The translations under genes were made by a program, and so were the position numbers. 64,000 nucleotides of DNA. Source: Mantamonas sphyraenae STR306 (lineage: Eukaryota; Protista; CRuMs). Location of the stretch: the NCBI GenBank assembly GCA_026936335.1, contig JAPMXV010000067.1, positions 310,001-374,000 of the forward strand, in the 5' to 3' direction. Within the stretch, counting starts at the first letter, position 1. Each line of letters begins with the position of its first letter. Shown one piece after another: positions 46,730 to 58,293 of this stretch. Below the pieces are notes generated by a model that saw only the letters and a program-made list of their open reading frames with translations, ran no database searches and was not told the DNA's origin.

Positions 46730-49714
46730 TCATTCGGCGGCCTTCTTCTTGCCCTTCTTGCCCTTCTTGCCAGGCTTGCCAAGCATGCTGGTGTGACGCG
46801 TGGCGGGGCCGAGAACAACGTTGCGCACGCGTGCGCCAAAGTCGAGGCTGCAAATCGTCTCGCCAACGTTCGCTGTGGCCGGACTGACGCAAAGGAACAT
46901 GAGAGTCTTGCTGTCACCTCCGAGAGAGTCTTGCAGAAGGTAGGTGAGCTTGCTGTTGCGGTAAGGCACGTGGTCCTTCTTGCTCTGCAGAGAGGCAATG
47001 ACGGTGCCGAGGTTGGACAGCGAGTTGTTGATGGCCGCGGCCTCGACAAGGCGCTGGCCCTGTGCCTGGGAACGCGACTGGCGTTCGCTGCCTGCCAGAT
47101 CGACCAGTGTCAGACGGCCGTTTGTCTTGACGCCGCTGATCTTGTTGCGGCTCTCTGCGCGAACCTGCAGCATGGAGTGCGAACGAGAGCTGCGTGCGTT
47201 CATCGAGGTCTCGCCAGTGGTTCGGTTCTCTTCGGCCACGGCGATGAGGTCTTCGATCTCCTCCATGGAGGTGACCAAACGCTCGGTGAGGCCCGGCACG
47301 TAGTTGCCCGAGGGGCCTTGGCGCACCTCGAGCGTCTTTTCGTCGTCCGAGTCGAGCAGATCGTGGATTTTCTCGTTGTAGATCTCCAACGAGGCCACGT
47401 AGATGTTGTACTCATACTCGTCGGCGCGCTCGGTGGTGAGGTTGAACAGCTCCTCCAGTGCCTGGAAATTGACGCCGCGAGCGTCCTTGGGACCCATCAT
47501 GGTGTATGTCTTGCCTGCGCCTGTCTGGCCGTATGCAAAGATGCACACGTTGTAGCCGTCCAAACACGAGGTGATGGTGGGTGCGGTGTCCTGGTAGACG
47601 TCCACCTGGGTGGCCTCGGGACCGTAGACGTTGTCAAACTCGTAGTCCTGGGTGTCGCCACGCTCGTTGGTGACGCGTACGGTGCTGTCGTCAATGACCT
47701 CCACGCCAATGGTGTCGTTCTCCGAGATTTCCTTGTCGTTGAGGCCACGGCAGCGCAGAAAGACGCGGATGTTGCCGCGCATCTCTTGGATCTTGTTGTA
47801 CAGCATCTTGCGCTTGAGGTTCTCCGCACGGTACTTGGCCTTGTACATATCCAGGGCCTTGCCCATGTTCTTGATGACCTTGCCGACCTCCTTCTCGTTT
47901 GTGGTAAAGAGGGGCGTAAACTCGGTGATCTGAGTGCGGGTGAGGGCCTTGAGTTCGTCGTAGTCGGGCTTCAGTTTCTGGTACTCCATCTGCACGGCGC
48001 GCACCTTTGTCATGAGGGCAGCCACGGCTCCGGCTTTGTTCTGGGACTCCTCGCGCTTGGCCGACAGTTCGGCCTTGGTGCTGTCCAGCTGTTCCTGCAA
48101 CTCGGCGATGGAGGCGTCTCGAGCCTGGATGGTTTCGCGAGCGCTGTCCAGCTCGTGCTTGGCGTCCGAAAGGGCCGCATCCTTCTCCTGAGCCTCCTTT
48201 TGGGCGCTGTCGAGGGCGGCGTCCTTCTCGGCAATGACTGACTGGAAGGAGGCCTCGCCCTGGGTGCGCATGACTTCCAGCTCCTTGTTGAGTTCTTCCA
48301 CACGCTCGTTGACGCTCTTGGCCTCGATTTCGGCCTTGCTGCGTGCCTTTTCCGTCTCCTGCAGGGAGCTCTTTGCCTGCTCAAGCTCGGCGGCCAGACT
48401 GGTTGCCTTGGCACGGCTCTTCTCTGCCTCGGAATTGGCTGTGTTGAGATCCTCCTTGACACTGCGCAGGTCGTTCTCCAGGGTCTGGATGCGCTCCAGA
48501 CCTGCGTTCTGGCTCTTGCCCAGCTGCGAGGAGGCTGCCTCGAGGCTGTCCAGCTTGCCCTGAAGGCGGGCCACCTCCTTGGTGGCGTCGTCCAGCTTGC
48601 GCTTGAGTTCTGCGTTCTCGCTCTCCATTTCGGACAGCTCGCGCTCGCGCTCCTCAACCTGCTCCTCCAGCTGCTTGCGGGTGGCAGTGACGCTGGAGGC
48701 CGAGTCGAGGCCTTGGTTGCCGAGGCCGGCTTCCTCGAGGGCGACCTGCAGCTCTTCGACCTGCTCTTCCAGCTGCAGGATCTTCATCTTGTCTTCGTTC
48801 ATGTCCTTGACGGTGGATTGGCGGGTGAGGCTCTTGCGAAGGTCGACCGGCTCGCTGCTGCCGGTGTCTTTCCAGGCGTCGGGGAATTTGACCCAGGTGT
48901 TGAGTTCTTCGTCGAAAAAGTAGCGGACCTTGACCTCCTCGAAGCCGTAGCAGGTGGTGTAGGTGTGGCCCTGGGCGTCTGTGTAGGTGCCGTACTCCTC
49001 CTCGTCGTCTTCGTCCTCGTCTTCCTCGTCGGCAGCGACAAAGGAGCCGTTCTTGAGAAGCTCCTCCGGGAACGGCTCCCACTCGCTCTTTTCAAAGTTG
49101 ATGTAGTAGCGGTTGCCGTCTTCGGCGAGGTAGGTGAAGTATTCGGTGCCGTCGTTGCTGACAAAGCGGTCGAATTGGATGTCGTTCTGGTCCGTCTCTT
49201 CCTCGGCCTCGCGAAGGACGCCTGCGGCTTCCATTTCCTTGGGCAGGGGCTGCCAAGACATGGACTCGAGATCCTGGTAGTACAGGTCGCCGTCTTCGTT
49301 GCGGTAGACTGTGTGTTCGTCGCCGCTGTCCATGGTGAGGACGTAGTAGGTGACGCTGGGCTCGTGTTCGCTGTCGTGGTTGTCGATCGGCGTGGCCTGC
49401 GTGCTTTCTGCGGGAATGCTCATCGTGCTGTTCTTCTGTTGCTTGTTGCTTGGTTTGTTGTTGTTGGTGGTGGCTTGCGTGTTGTTGCTCTGTGTGCCAC
49501 TGGATGTGCTTGCGCTGCTTGCTGCTGCGGTGTTGCTGTGCGCAACGGCTTTTTCAGCCGTTGAACCGGCTTTTCCGGCTTCTCCGCCGCTGGCGGTGTC
49601 CTTTGCGCTGTTCTGGCTGGGGTTTTGCTTCTGGTTTGTTTCCGGGTTTGTTTGCGGGGTGTTCTTGTTTGTGGTCGAGGTGTTGCTAGTGTTCTTGCTT
49701 GTTCCGCAACCCAT
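46730..49714 (-). CDS. Kinesin-14 (C-terminal motor, KIFC3-like) with N-terminal MGCxxS acylation motif and WW-like repeats
   Basis: Neck LYNKIQEMRGNIRVFLRCR, P-loop GQTGAGKT, NARSSRSH and LVDLAGSER. Long coiled coil. Single-exon ORF. Confidence 0.92.
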   Translation of the reverse strand: MGCGTSKNTSNTSTTNKNTPQTNPETNQKQNPSQNSAKDTASGGEAGKAGSTAEKAVAHSNTAAASSASTSSGTQSNNTQATTNNNKPSNKQQKNSTMSIPAESTQATPIDNHDSEHEPSVTYYVLTMDSGDEHTVYRNEDGDLYYQDLESMSWQPLPKEMEAAGVLREAEEETDQNDIQFDRFVSNDGTEYFTYLAEDGNRYYINFEKSEWEPFPEELLKNGSFVAADEEDEDEDDEEEYGTYTDAQGHTYTTCYGFEEVKVRYFFDEELNTWVKFPDAWKDTGSSEPVDLRKSLTRQSTVKDMNEDKMKILQLEEQVEELQVALEEAGLGNQGLDSASSVTATRKQLEEQVEERERELSEMESENAELKRKLDDATKEVARLQGKLDSLEAASSQLGKSQNAGLERIQTLENDLRSVKEDLNTANSEAEKSRAKATSLAAELEQAKSSLQETEKARSKAEIEAKSVNERVEELNKELEVMRTQGEASFQSVIAEKDAALDSAQKEAQEKDAALSDAKHELDSARETIQARDASIAELQEQLDSTKAELSAKREESQNKAGAVAALMTKVRAVQMEYQKLKPDYDELKALTRTQITEFTPLFTTNEKEVGKVIKNMGKALDMYKAKYRAENLKRKMLYNKIQEMRGNIRVFLRCRGLNDKEISENDTIGVEVIDDSTVRVTNERGDTQDYEFDNVYGPEATQVDVYQDTAPTITSCLDGYNVCIFAYGQTGAGKTYTMMGPKDARGVNFQALEELFNLTTERADEYEYNIYVASLEIYNEKIHDLLDSDDEKTLEVRQGPSGNYVPGLTERLVTSMEEIEDLIAVAEENRTTGETSMNARSSRSHSMLQVRAESRNKISGVKTNGRLTLVDLAGSERQSRSQAQGQRLVEAAAINNSLSNLGTVIASLQSKKDHVPYRNSKLTYLLQDSLGGDSKTLMFLCVSPATANVGETICSLDFGARVRNVVLGPATRHTSMLGKPGKKGKKGKKKAAE

Positions 49715-50040
49715 GCAGGGGCTGGTTTGTCGACGTGGGTGAAATCTGGGCCGCTGTGCGGCTGAAAAGACGTTTAGCTTGAAGGGCTAAAAGGAGGGCA
49801 GCAGGCTCAGGGTGTGCTGCGTTCGACTCGGCGCTCTAAAGCTGGCACGGAGTAGAGAGGTGTGCAATGAATAATGCGATGGCGGGGCCGTGGTTTTGAG
49901 ACGCTGCGGGCACAGGGGAGGGGACTCCGGAGCAGGTGACGGCAAACGGGTATGCGATGGGCGAGTGAACGCGATGTGCGCATGCAGATGCAAAGCAAGG
50001 AACGCATCGATTCGAGTGCTACAGATCTGAGAGAGCACAC

Positions 50041-52554
50041 ATGACGACGCGCAGGATCAAAGCATCGACGCTGGCAGCTAACGGGCGACTGCCTGTGGCG
50101 AGCGGCAACAAGGGACACGGCGGAGGCAAGAGCGGGCCGAACGACGACGACGGCGGGGCAGGACACATGGTGGGCGCAAACGACATGGGAGGGCAAACAG
50201 CAGCGTCAGCATCCAAGGACGCAGGCGCTCTGAATGGCAACTGGAGCAACGTGGGGCTGGGTGGCGTGTTTTCGGCCGTCTACGGCGATGTCTCGTTGCG
50301 CGACGAGGTGATTCACGACCTGTACATGGCACGGTGTCGCGATGTGGGCGAATTGGCAAACAACGACGCCATGAAGGGGTTCAAGGACCATGTGGCCACG
50401 CACTGCAAAGGTGGGTAGAGTGGGAGAGCGCGGTGGGGCCGGTGAACGCGAACGGCTCAACGGCTAGCGCGGCGTGGATGAGGAAGGAGACGCGCGTAGC
50501 ACGGACACACGATGCACCACGGAGTAGACACTGACACGTCGAGGTGCACACACACACACACACACACACATGCTTGGACGGTGCTGGTACAACCCCCAAT
50601 GGATGGGTGGGCATGACTTGGGACTCTGGCTGCTGCAACGAACACACAGGCACGGAGATCCACCTGCGTGGCTCACGACTGGGGTCACAGTGTGCCATTG
50701 TGCTGGCACGCAACTGCAAGGCGGACAAGTTGACGCACGTGGACCTGCATGCAAACTGTACGTGGGTGAGGGGCGGCGCAGGGCAGGGTTGGAACGAGAG
50801 CGCGACATGCTGACACACCCCGTGTATATATCTCAGTTATGAGCGATGCAGGTGTAGAGGCACTTGTGGAGTTGATGAAGGACAACGGCCACATCCGACA
50901 CATGAACATCGGGTGCAACGGGATCCGGACAAAGGGCGGGATGCTGCTTGCTGACCTGCTGAAGGCAAACACGACGCTGCGGTCGCTGGAACTGGGTGTG
51001 GAGCACGAAGAGAGGTATGCAAACAAGATCGAGAACAGTGGAAGCCACGCGATCATCAAAGCACTGCGGTACAACACGACGCTGCGGTCGCTGGGCCTGA
51101 ACAAGAATGAGATGTCGACAGACAACGATAAGGAGCGACAGGCGTACCACACACTGGCCAAGGTGCTGCGTGCACACAACAACACGCTGAGTGCGCTGCG
51201 GCTGGGTCGCACGGATCTGGGCACAACGGGAGGCGTGGAGATTGTGGAGGCGCTGAACAAGAACACAGGCATCCAGCAACTGGATTTGCACAACAACAAC
51301 ATGGGAGCCGAAGTGGGCAAGGCTGCAGGGTACATGTTGCAGTACAACAGGACGCTCTTCAATCTGTCGATGGCACACAACAACGTGGGCGTTCGCGGAT
51401 GCAAAGCCATCGGCAATGCATTGCGCGTGAACGAGACTCTGGCTGTGCTGGACCTGGAGAACAATGGCATGGGCAACCCAGGCGTGCTGGAGATCGCGGA
51501 GGCCCTGGAGACAAACCGTACTCTGACGATGTTGAACCTGAGCAACAACGGGTTTGACACGGAGGGCGGCAATGCGCTGGCGGAAGCGGTGCTGGTGAAC
51601 GATGTGCTGATCTCGCTGAAAATCAACGGGAATGAGCTGCGAGACGAGACGGCGTGCGCGTTTGCATTTACGGTGTCGCAGAATTCTGTGCTGCTGCATC
51701 TGGAAATGAGCAGGTGCAAAGTGGGCGACACGGGCGCGTTGGATCTGGCCAGCGCGTTGGAGGTGAACGACACGCTCCTGACGCTGAAGCTGGCGGGCAA
51801 CTACGTGACGGACCATGCTGGAAAGGTGCTCACGGAGTCGCTGAAGCAGAACAGGAGAGTCCGGCTGGTGGAACTGTCGGGCAACCAAATCGACCACACA
51901 CACATGTTGATCACAAAGCGCATCTGTCAGAGGAATCGGGAGCTGGCCAAGAATGCCAAGGCAGCCCCGTTGTTGCGGAAGATCATGCGGCTGACGCACG
52001 AGCTGAGTGCGCTGTCGGAGACGGAATCAAAGCTGCAGAAGGAGCGGATGACGTGTTTGCAGCACCGTGAAGAGATCAACAACATCGAGGAAGCGATGGA
52101 GATCCTCAAGATTGACCAGGCAAAGCAGGAGGAACAACTGCGGTTGCAATTGGAGAACCAGGCCAAGTTTACACAGGACGCCATTGCGGCCAACGCAGAT
52201 CGGGTCAACGACCTGAAGACGCTGGAGGAGGAGAGTGAGCAGAAGCTGAAGGAGATCAGCGAGTCGATCGAAGAACAGGTACAGATGCGAAACTACTACA
52301 CGGAACGGGCTGAGAAGCTGGAGGCACAGCTGGAGAGCATGAAGGAGGCACTGCCACGCACGGTGGAGGAGCTGGAAAAGAAGATTGAGGCGGTGAAGGA
52401 AGAGCGTGCCAAGTTTGAGGAAATGGGCAAAGAGCGCCGTGCGCGACTCGCTGAGGAGGCCGCCAAGGCAGAGGAGGCGCGTGCAGCACGGTCGCGCAGG
52501 CGAGGGCGACGTGGACGGTCTCGCACGTCGGGGCGACGCACACGGAACACGTGA
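50041..52554 (+). CDS. RNI-like leucine-rich-repeat protein with C-terminal coiled coil (NLRC3/LRRC45/LRRC74-like)
   Basis: Multiple 28-aa repeats (N.TL..L.L..N.....G...LA.AL) followed by a coiled coil. Introns 50411-50649 and 50758-50836. Confidence 0.8.
50546..50570. repeat. (CA)n microsatellite in intron
   Basis: About 12 CA units. Similar CA/GT runs occur near 18990, 24345 and 27888. Confidence 0.85.
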
Positions 52555-52602
52555 GGCGGGGAAAGTGTTTGCGGCCGCTTTGGCAAAGGAAAATCCGCAT
52601 CG

Positions 52603-54443
52603 ATGTCCAAGCGAAAAGCCGAGCAGGAGGCACTGACGACGCATGTGAAGAGGGTGGAAACCATTTTGGAGAATGTACAAACGTCAAAGGGAGGCACGGA
52701 GAAGCTTGCACGGCTGCTGAAGATGGAAGGTGTGTTGTTTTGGGGCGGGCAAGGGTGAAGCGCGCGGAAACGGTCGGTTCGCGCGTGGGCTGACACGGCG
52801 AGGTGGCAAACGCAGGGTTTGTGGACGAGCTGCTTGCATGGACAGAAGCCAGCCACCTGGCAGCAAACAAGGGTGTGTTCCTGGTGAAGAAGGCGATCTG
52901 GGACAAGGGGTTGGGACGGGAGTTGATGAAAGCGGTGCGAGCGAGCGGGAAGTTTGAACCAAGCATTGCGGAGCGGCTGTTTACGGTGCTGCAATTTGTG
53001 CTGCAGACCAAAAAGTCGACGGCCGAGATCCTGAACGAGAATGTGGTCGTGGATCTACTGCAGCTGGCAAGCAAAGAGCACGAGAACAAGGAACTGGGCA
53101 AACTCGCTGTGGCAGCGCTGCAGATGGCAGCGCAGCAGAGCGCAGATCTGTGCTACGAAATGTGCAGCCACCCAGAGCTGATGGTTCAGGTGCAGCGTCG
53201 CATGGAGGCAGAGGATAAGCAGTTGGTGCGCTGGCTGGGGCTGGTGCAAACGGTGGCGCAGGTGGGCGGCCAGGAATGTTTGGAGCCGCTGATGGAAGCA
53301 AACACAGGGGAACATGGAGACCAGCTTCTGGTGGGCATGTTGCAGCTGTTGAGTGCAGAGGAGTCGTTGAGTCTGGTGCAGGAGGTGCTTGCGACGCTGC
53401 GGAGTCTGGTGAACAACTCTACACAGGCGGTGGCGTCGATGAAGCACCTGGACACACATGGGATGCTAATGCGTCTGGACCAGGACATGCAAGATCTGAT
53501 TGCGGCTGGCGTGCAGGTGGCAGACGCGCGGCGTGTTCAGAACGGAATCGAGGCGGTGCTGCAAGACAGCGGGATCAAATTGCAGGTGTACGACGAAGAG
53601 AGTGCGGCGCTGAAGCTGCAGTCTGTGTACAGGTCACATCGAGTGCGGCAGGAACTGGCAAAGGAGGAGGAAAAGCGCCACGCGGCCGCAAGAACGATCC
53701 AAAGGCGAACGCGCGGCCTGCTTGCGAGGCGAGCAATGGATGAACGGCGGCAGGACGACGCATTGGACCAGGAGAGGAGGAAGCACGAACGGGCAATTGC
53801 AAAGCAGGAGCATCGGTTGCGGGAGCTTGAAACGATGCCATCGTCACAGGTGTCTGCATGGAAAGGCATGCAGACACACCTGACGGTGATGCGTGTGCAA
53901 GCACACTGGCGAGGGTTGGTGCAGCGGCGCAAATACCGGGAGATGCGAGCGCAGGAACGGGAGAGGAAACGGCACGAAAAGGCAAAGGCCATTCAGCGCA
54001 CGTTTCGGGAGCACAGGAAGCGCACACAGCTGCGGATGGCGATGCAGCAGCTGAGTCAACCAAAGATGATGGCACGTGCAACTGTGCGTGCTCACCAAGA
54101 CAGAATCCTTGTGCAGCGTAACCTGAGGAACCACCACACGGAAGATGATTATTATGCGTCGCTGGCGCAGCTGAAACGCAAGGTGGCTGCCAACGAGAGC
54201 GCACGGATCCAGCAGCTGATTGGGGCGCAACGACGCAAGAATGCCATGGAAGAGCTGGACAAGGATGTGGAGGCTCTGCACACGGTGACGTCGCTTGAAA
54301 ACCTGTCGCTTGCAGACCTGGACACCATAGTGTCGAGCATGCCGTCTGTGCACGCTGTGGACGACGAATCGCGACTGGACTTTGAAAACAGGTTGGAGTT
54401 TGTGCGCATGAGCCACGCACGGCATCGGTATGCGGATGTGTGA
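52603..54443 (+). CDS. IQCB1: IQ calmodulin-binding protein IQCB1/NPHP5-like (ciliary transition zone)
   Basis: Helical/ARM-like N-terminal half, then IQ motifs (LQSVYRSHRVR, IQRRTRG, VQAHWRG..QR, IQRTFR) separated by a coiled coil ending in LETMPSSQV, the NPHP5 layout. Exon 1 is 52603-52729, intron 52730-52815. Confidence 0.7.
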
Positions 54444-54488
54444 GCAAATGGGGGGGGGGGGCAAATGAAGGTGGGGCATCCAGTCAGT

Positions 54489-57400
54489 TCATTTCCATGC
54501 GTGGGTGCGACCCTTGCTGCTGTGCCGCAGCGAAGAGGAAGAGGAGGAGGAGGAAGAGGAAGGACGAGTTTGGCGCCTGGGACTGCGAGGCGCAGGGACG
54601 CTGCTTTCGCCAAAGAGGAAGCCAACTTTGATGCTCTGGACGACGTCTTGCTCGTCGTCGTCGTCGTCGGAGGAATCGTCATCGGAACCGTCGTCCGAGG
54701 TGTCCGAGTCAAGGGCAGAGTCTGAGTCGTTGCTGTGGCGACGCTTGTGCGAGGTGTAGTGTACATGCGGGGCAGCAGGTGCAGCAGCAGGGGCAGCGGA
54801 CTGCTGCTGCTGCTGTTGCGTAGGCTTTGCTTCTGCAGGCTGCTTAGGCTGGTCTGCGTTGCGTAGCTGCTCGAGCTCGCGCTTGATCTCCTTGAGCTCG
54901 TCCTTGTCGTGGCGAAGGAGCACATCCTTCTCCGCAGTGGCAATGTACTGCATGCGCATGTTTTCCAGCTCCTCCTTTTCGCGGCGGACCTCTGCGCGCT
55001 CGTGGCGCTCGAGGCGGACACGCAAGGAAGAGATCTCCTGGAGAGCTCTGGTGAGTTTGTCTTTGTACAGTTGGCGGCCTTCGTTGGCCTCGGCAAGCTT
55101 TGTGTGGAGCATGTCGTTGGCAGCCTTCAGGCGTGCGAGTTCGGTCTGCAGCTCGATGCTTGGGTTGAGGTCGACGGTGGCCTTGCGTTGGGATGCGCGG
55201 AAGCGTTCATAGTCAGCTTCGACATCATTGAGGCGAGACTCGGTTTTGACGAGCTTCTCGCGCAGGGTTGCCCTTTCGGCCTGGAGCTCGCTGACTCGGC
55301 CGCGCTCGAGGGTGACCTTGTGTTGAAAGTCATCACGGATGCGCTTGGCGACCTGGGTCAGTTCAAACACCTTTTGGTCTTGATCATGCTTCATGTTGTC
55401 TGCGCGTCGATTCAGCCTTGCCTCGAGCGCCTCGAGATCCTGGGCTTTCTTCTCCACAGCAGCCATGGCGCTCTTGAGCTTCTCCTCCATGCTTGCGTGC
55501 TTGCTCTTCCACTGCTTGTGGGCACTCTCGCGCTCCAGCTCACGCTTTTTCCATTCCTCGCGCAGAGTCTTCATGAGTTCGGCCTCGCGTGCCTGCAGGC
55601 CGTCGAGAAACTCGAGTCGCTGGCGCTCCTTCCAGCGCTCGACCTGCACCTTGGCCTTCTTCTCTGCTTGTTTGATGTTGAACAGCGCCTCTTGTTCCTT
55701 GATTTCTGCCTGCTGCTTGGCAAAGTACTCCTGGGCGAGCAGAGGGAGGCGCATCTTGCCGTCACTGCTCATGGTTTGCCACTTTGGGCCGAAACGCACA
55801 TTGGATTGGCCGGCCTGGGCCTGGAAGGGTTGCTGCGCGTGTTCTTGATGTCTGGTTTGCTCGTAGAGAGGTACAGGTGGGATCTTGGGTTGTTTGTGGT
55901 GCCTTTGGTGCTTGTGGTCGCGTGGTGAGGAGGGGATGTCGGCGGTAGATGAGGATGAAGAGGTCGCGGTGTTGTCTTGCTTGCCCGTGCCGTGCGACTG
56001 CTTGGGTCGCTTTTGCTTTTGCTTGCCTCTGCGATCAGAGGAAGCAGCTGTGGCGTTTTTCTTGGACGCTCTGTGTTCTGCGCGAGCTTGGGCGCCGTAG
56101 AAGCTGTCTTCGAGATGGAGGGAGTTCATGGAGTCGCCCAGCGGGAGGTTGCGGGAGCGGGGATTGTCTCCCATGATGCCACAGTCCTCAAGGCACAAGG
56201 TGACGGTGAGAGAACCGATGCTGCGAGGAGTTTGAAGGTCGGCAAGGTCGCCGCTGTAGGCGGCAATGCTGACTTCTGTCTGGACCATCTGCATGGAGAG
56301 GGCAGGCGGGCGGTCGATGGACTGATCGAGGGCGACGGGAGGGAGGGCGGGCGAACGGAGAACCTCGGCGAGGCTGATTGTGGCAAGGCCGATGCGTTGG
56401 TTGGGGCGGTAGTTGTCAGGGTCTTTGTGGATGACCTCGACAATGAGGGGGACCTCGACGAGAGTCTGCAAGAACTCGTTGGGGTGCATGGCAAATTCAA
56501 AGGCACAGTAGCCGTTGTTGATGGGTGTGGTGCTGTTGTGACCGTTGGTGAGGGCGGCGGGAGGTTGAGCCATCACCGAGGTGGCGGTGCCAAAGTTGGG
56601 GTATGTGTAGCGGCAAAAGAGGTTGAGAGCATGCGGGGCTCCATGGGCGGCCAGATCGTTGATGGATTGGAGCTCAATGGCATACTGAAAGTGGCGAAGA
56701 CCCTTTGCGCGGTGCCAGGTTGGCGCCTGAAGCTGCGGGGTATCTTCTTGATCTTGGAGGTGGTCGTCATCGTCATCGTCATCGTCGTCGTCATGGTCGT
56801 GTGCGGAGGCGGGAGCAGAGGAAGAGTGCCTTAGCTGGCTGCTCTGCAGTTGGTTGTGCTCCTGGTCGACGGCAAAGGAGAAGGCCGAACCGTCGGTGCT
56901 GGAGGAGGTGGAAGAGGCGTTGAGCTTGGTCCACTCGTCGCTGGCAAAAGGAGAGGCGTTGTCCTTGCGTGCGAGGTGGAGGTTGATGGAGATGGAGGAC
57001 TGGCGCGGGTTGGAGGAGTTGGTGAGGATCGAGGTGGGCTGGTCGTCCGAGTTGTGAACGGGTGGTTGGAGAGTCCAGGTGCCGTGGAGGCGCTGGTCGT
57101 CGAGGAGGACGTCCAACGGAAGCACAGCGACAGCGAGGACACGCGAGTCTTGCTTGAGGTTGATGCAGAGGCCGTTGGACGGGGAAAGGGAAGCAAAGTA
57201 GGCGCGAAGCTCGCGAGGCGAAGAGCGCATGGTGACGTGCATGTTCTGAGGCGTGCTGAATTGAATGCTCTTGCTGAGTTCAGAAAACTCTGTGCTGTGC
57301 ATCTCGTGGCCGGCAAACTGGACGGCGAGATGAAAGGGACGGTTGCCGCGGGCTCCGCCGATTTTGTCTGCTTGATGCACCTCTGTGATGTCCAGGGAGA

Positions 57401-58182
57401 ATGAGAATGCCTCGACGCCACGACCAATCTGTACAATGGTGCTGGGCCCCGTGCTCATGGTGCTGAGCTCGGTGACATCTTCGTTGCTCCAGTCTGAGTC
57501 GTAGTCGTCGTCGTCGTCGTCGTCGTCGTTATTGTCGTCGTCGTCTGCAGCGTCCTTTGCACTGCGGCTGCTGCTGCTTCCCCTGGACGGCCCATTGGTG
57601 GATGTGTGTGTTGTACCGTGCGTCATGCTGTTGCTGCCGACCTCTTCCTGAGACTCGGCGCGATCTTCGGCAGTGCTCTGCGCGCCAAAAAATCCAAACG
57701 GATCGTCAGCGGAAACGGCCGGGGCGCGGGGAACAGGCAGGGGAGGATGCGCAGACACAGAGTTTGTCACTCACCTCGCGCAATTCAAACTTGATCTTGA
57801 TCTGGGGAGTCTCGCGCTCCTTGCTGCGCTCGAGCTTGTACCAGCGCGCACTGGTGTTGTTCTTGGCGTTGAGCTCGGCAGAGCGGATGTCCAGCCGCAG
57901 GCCACCGAGGGTGCGCTTGGCGGTGGTGCTCTCGGGTTCGGCGAGCTTGAGGGCCACGCAGTCGACTCGGATCTGCTCGTTGCTGCTCTTGAGCTTCTTG
58001 AGCTGTGCGCGGGACAAGTGCCATCGGAGCGGCTGTGATTTCCAGCTCGGGGTAGAGGAATCCACGGGCCTCGTCTGCTTTGTCTGGCCATTGAAAGTTA
58101 GTTGCAAGGCCATGCCGTGGTTGGCAATACGGGGAAAGCTCTGGCCGCCCACTGCGCGGAATTCGAGAGTGAGTTCGGCCAT
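54489..58182 (-). CDS. CEP120: Centrosomal protein CEP120 (C2 domains + coiled coil)
   Basis: C2A (GQSFP...TFNGQ..QT.PV...L.W...IRVDC...LG.L.LDIRSA...WYKL), third C2 domain (CRYTYPNFGT...NGYCAFEF...PLIVEV.HKD) and coiled coil (ERWKE..., L.EEWKKRE.ERE). Intron 57678-57774. Confidence 0.85.
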
Positions 58183-58293
58183 GGGCAGTCTGATGATGAT
58201 TTTGTTGGATCCCAGGGTGCTTGGAGAGCAGCAGATTCTTCATTGCGTGTTTGCAAAGGTGTTTCACTCCTCTCTCTCTCTCTTTCACCCAGC

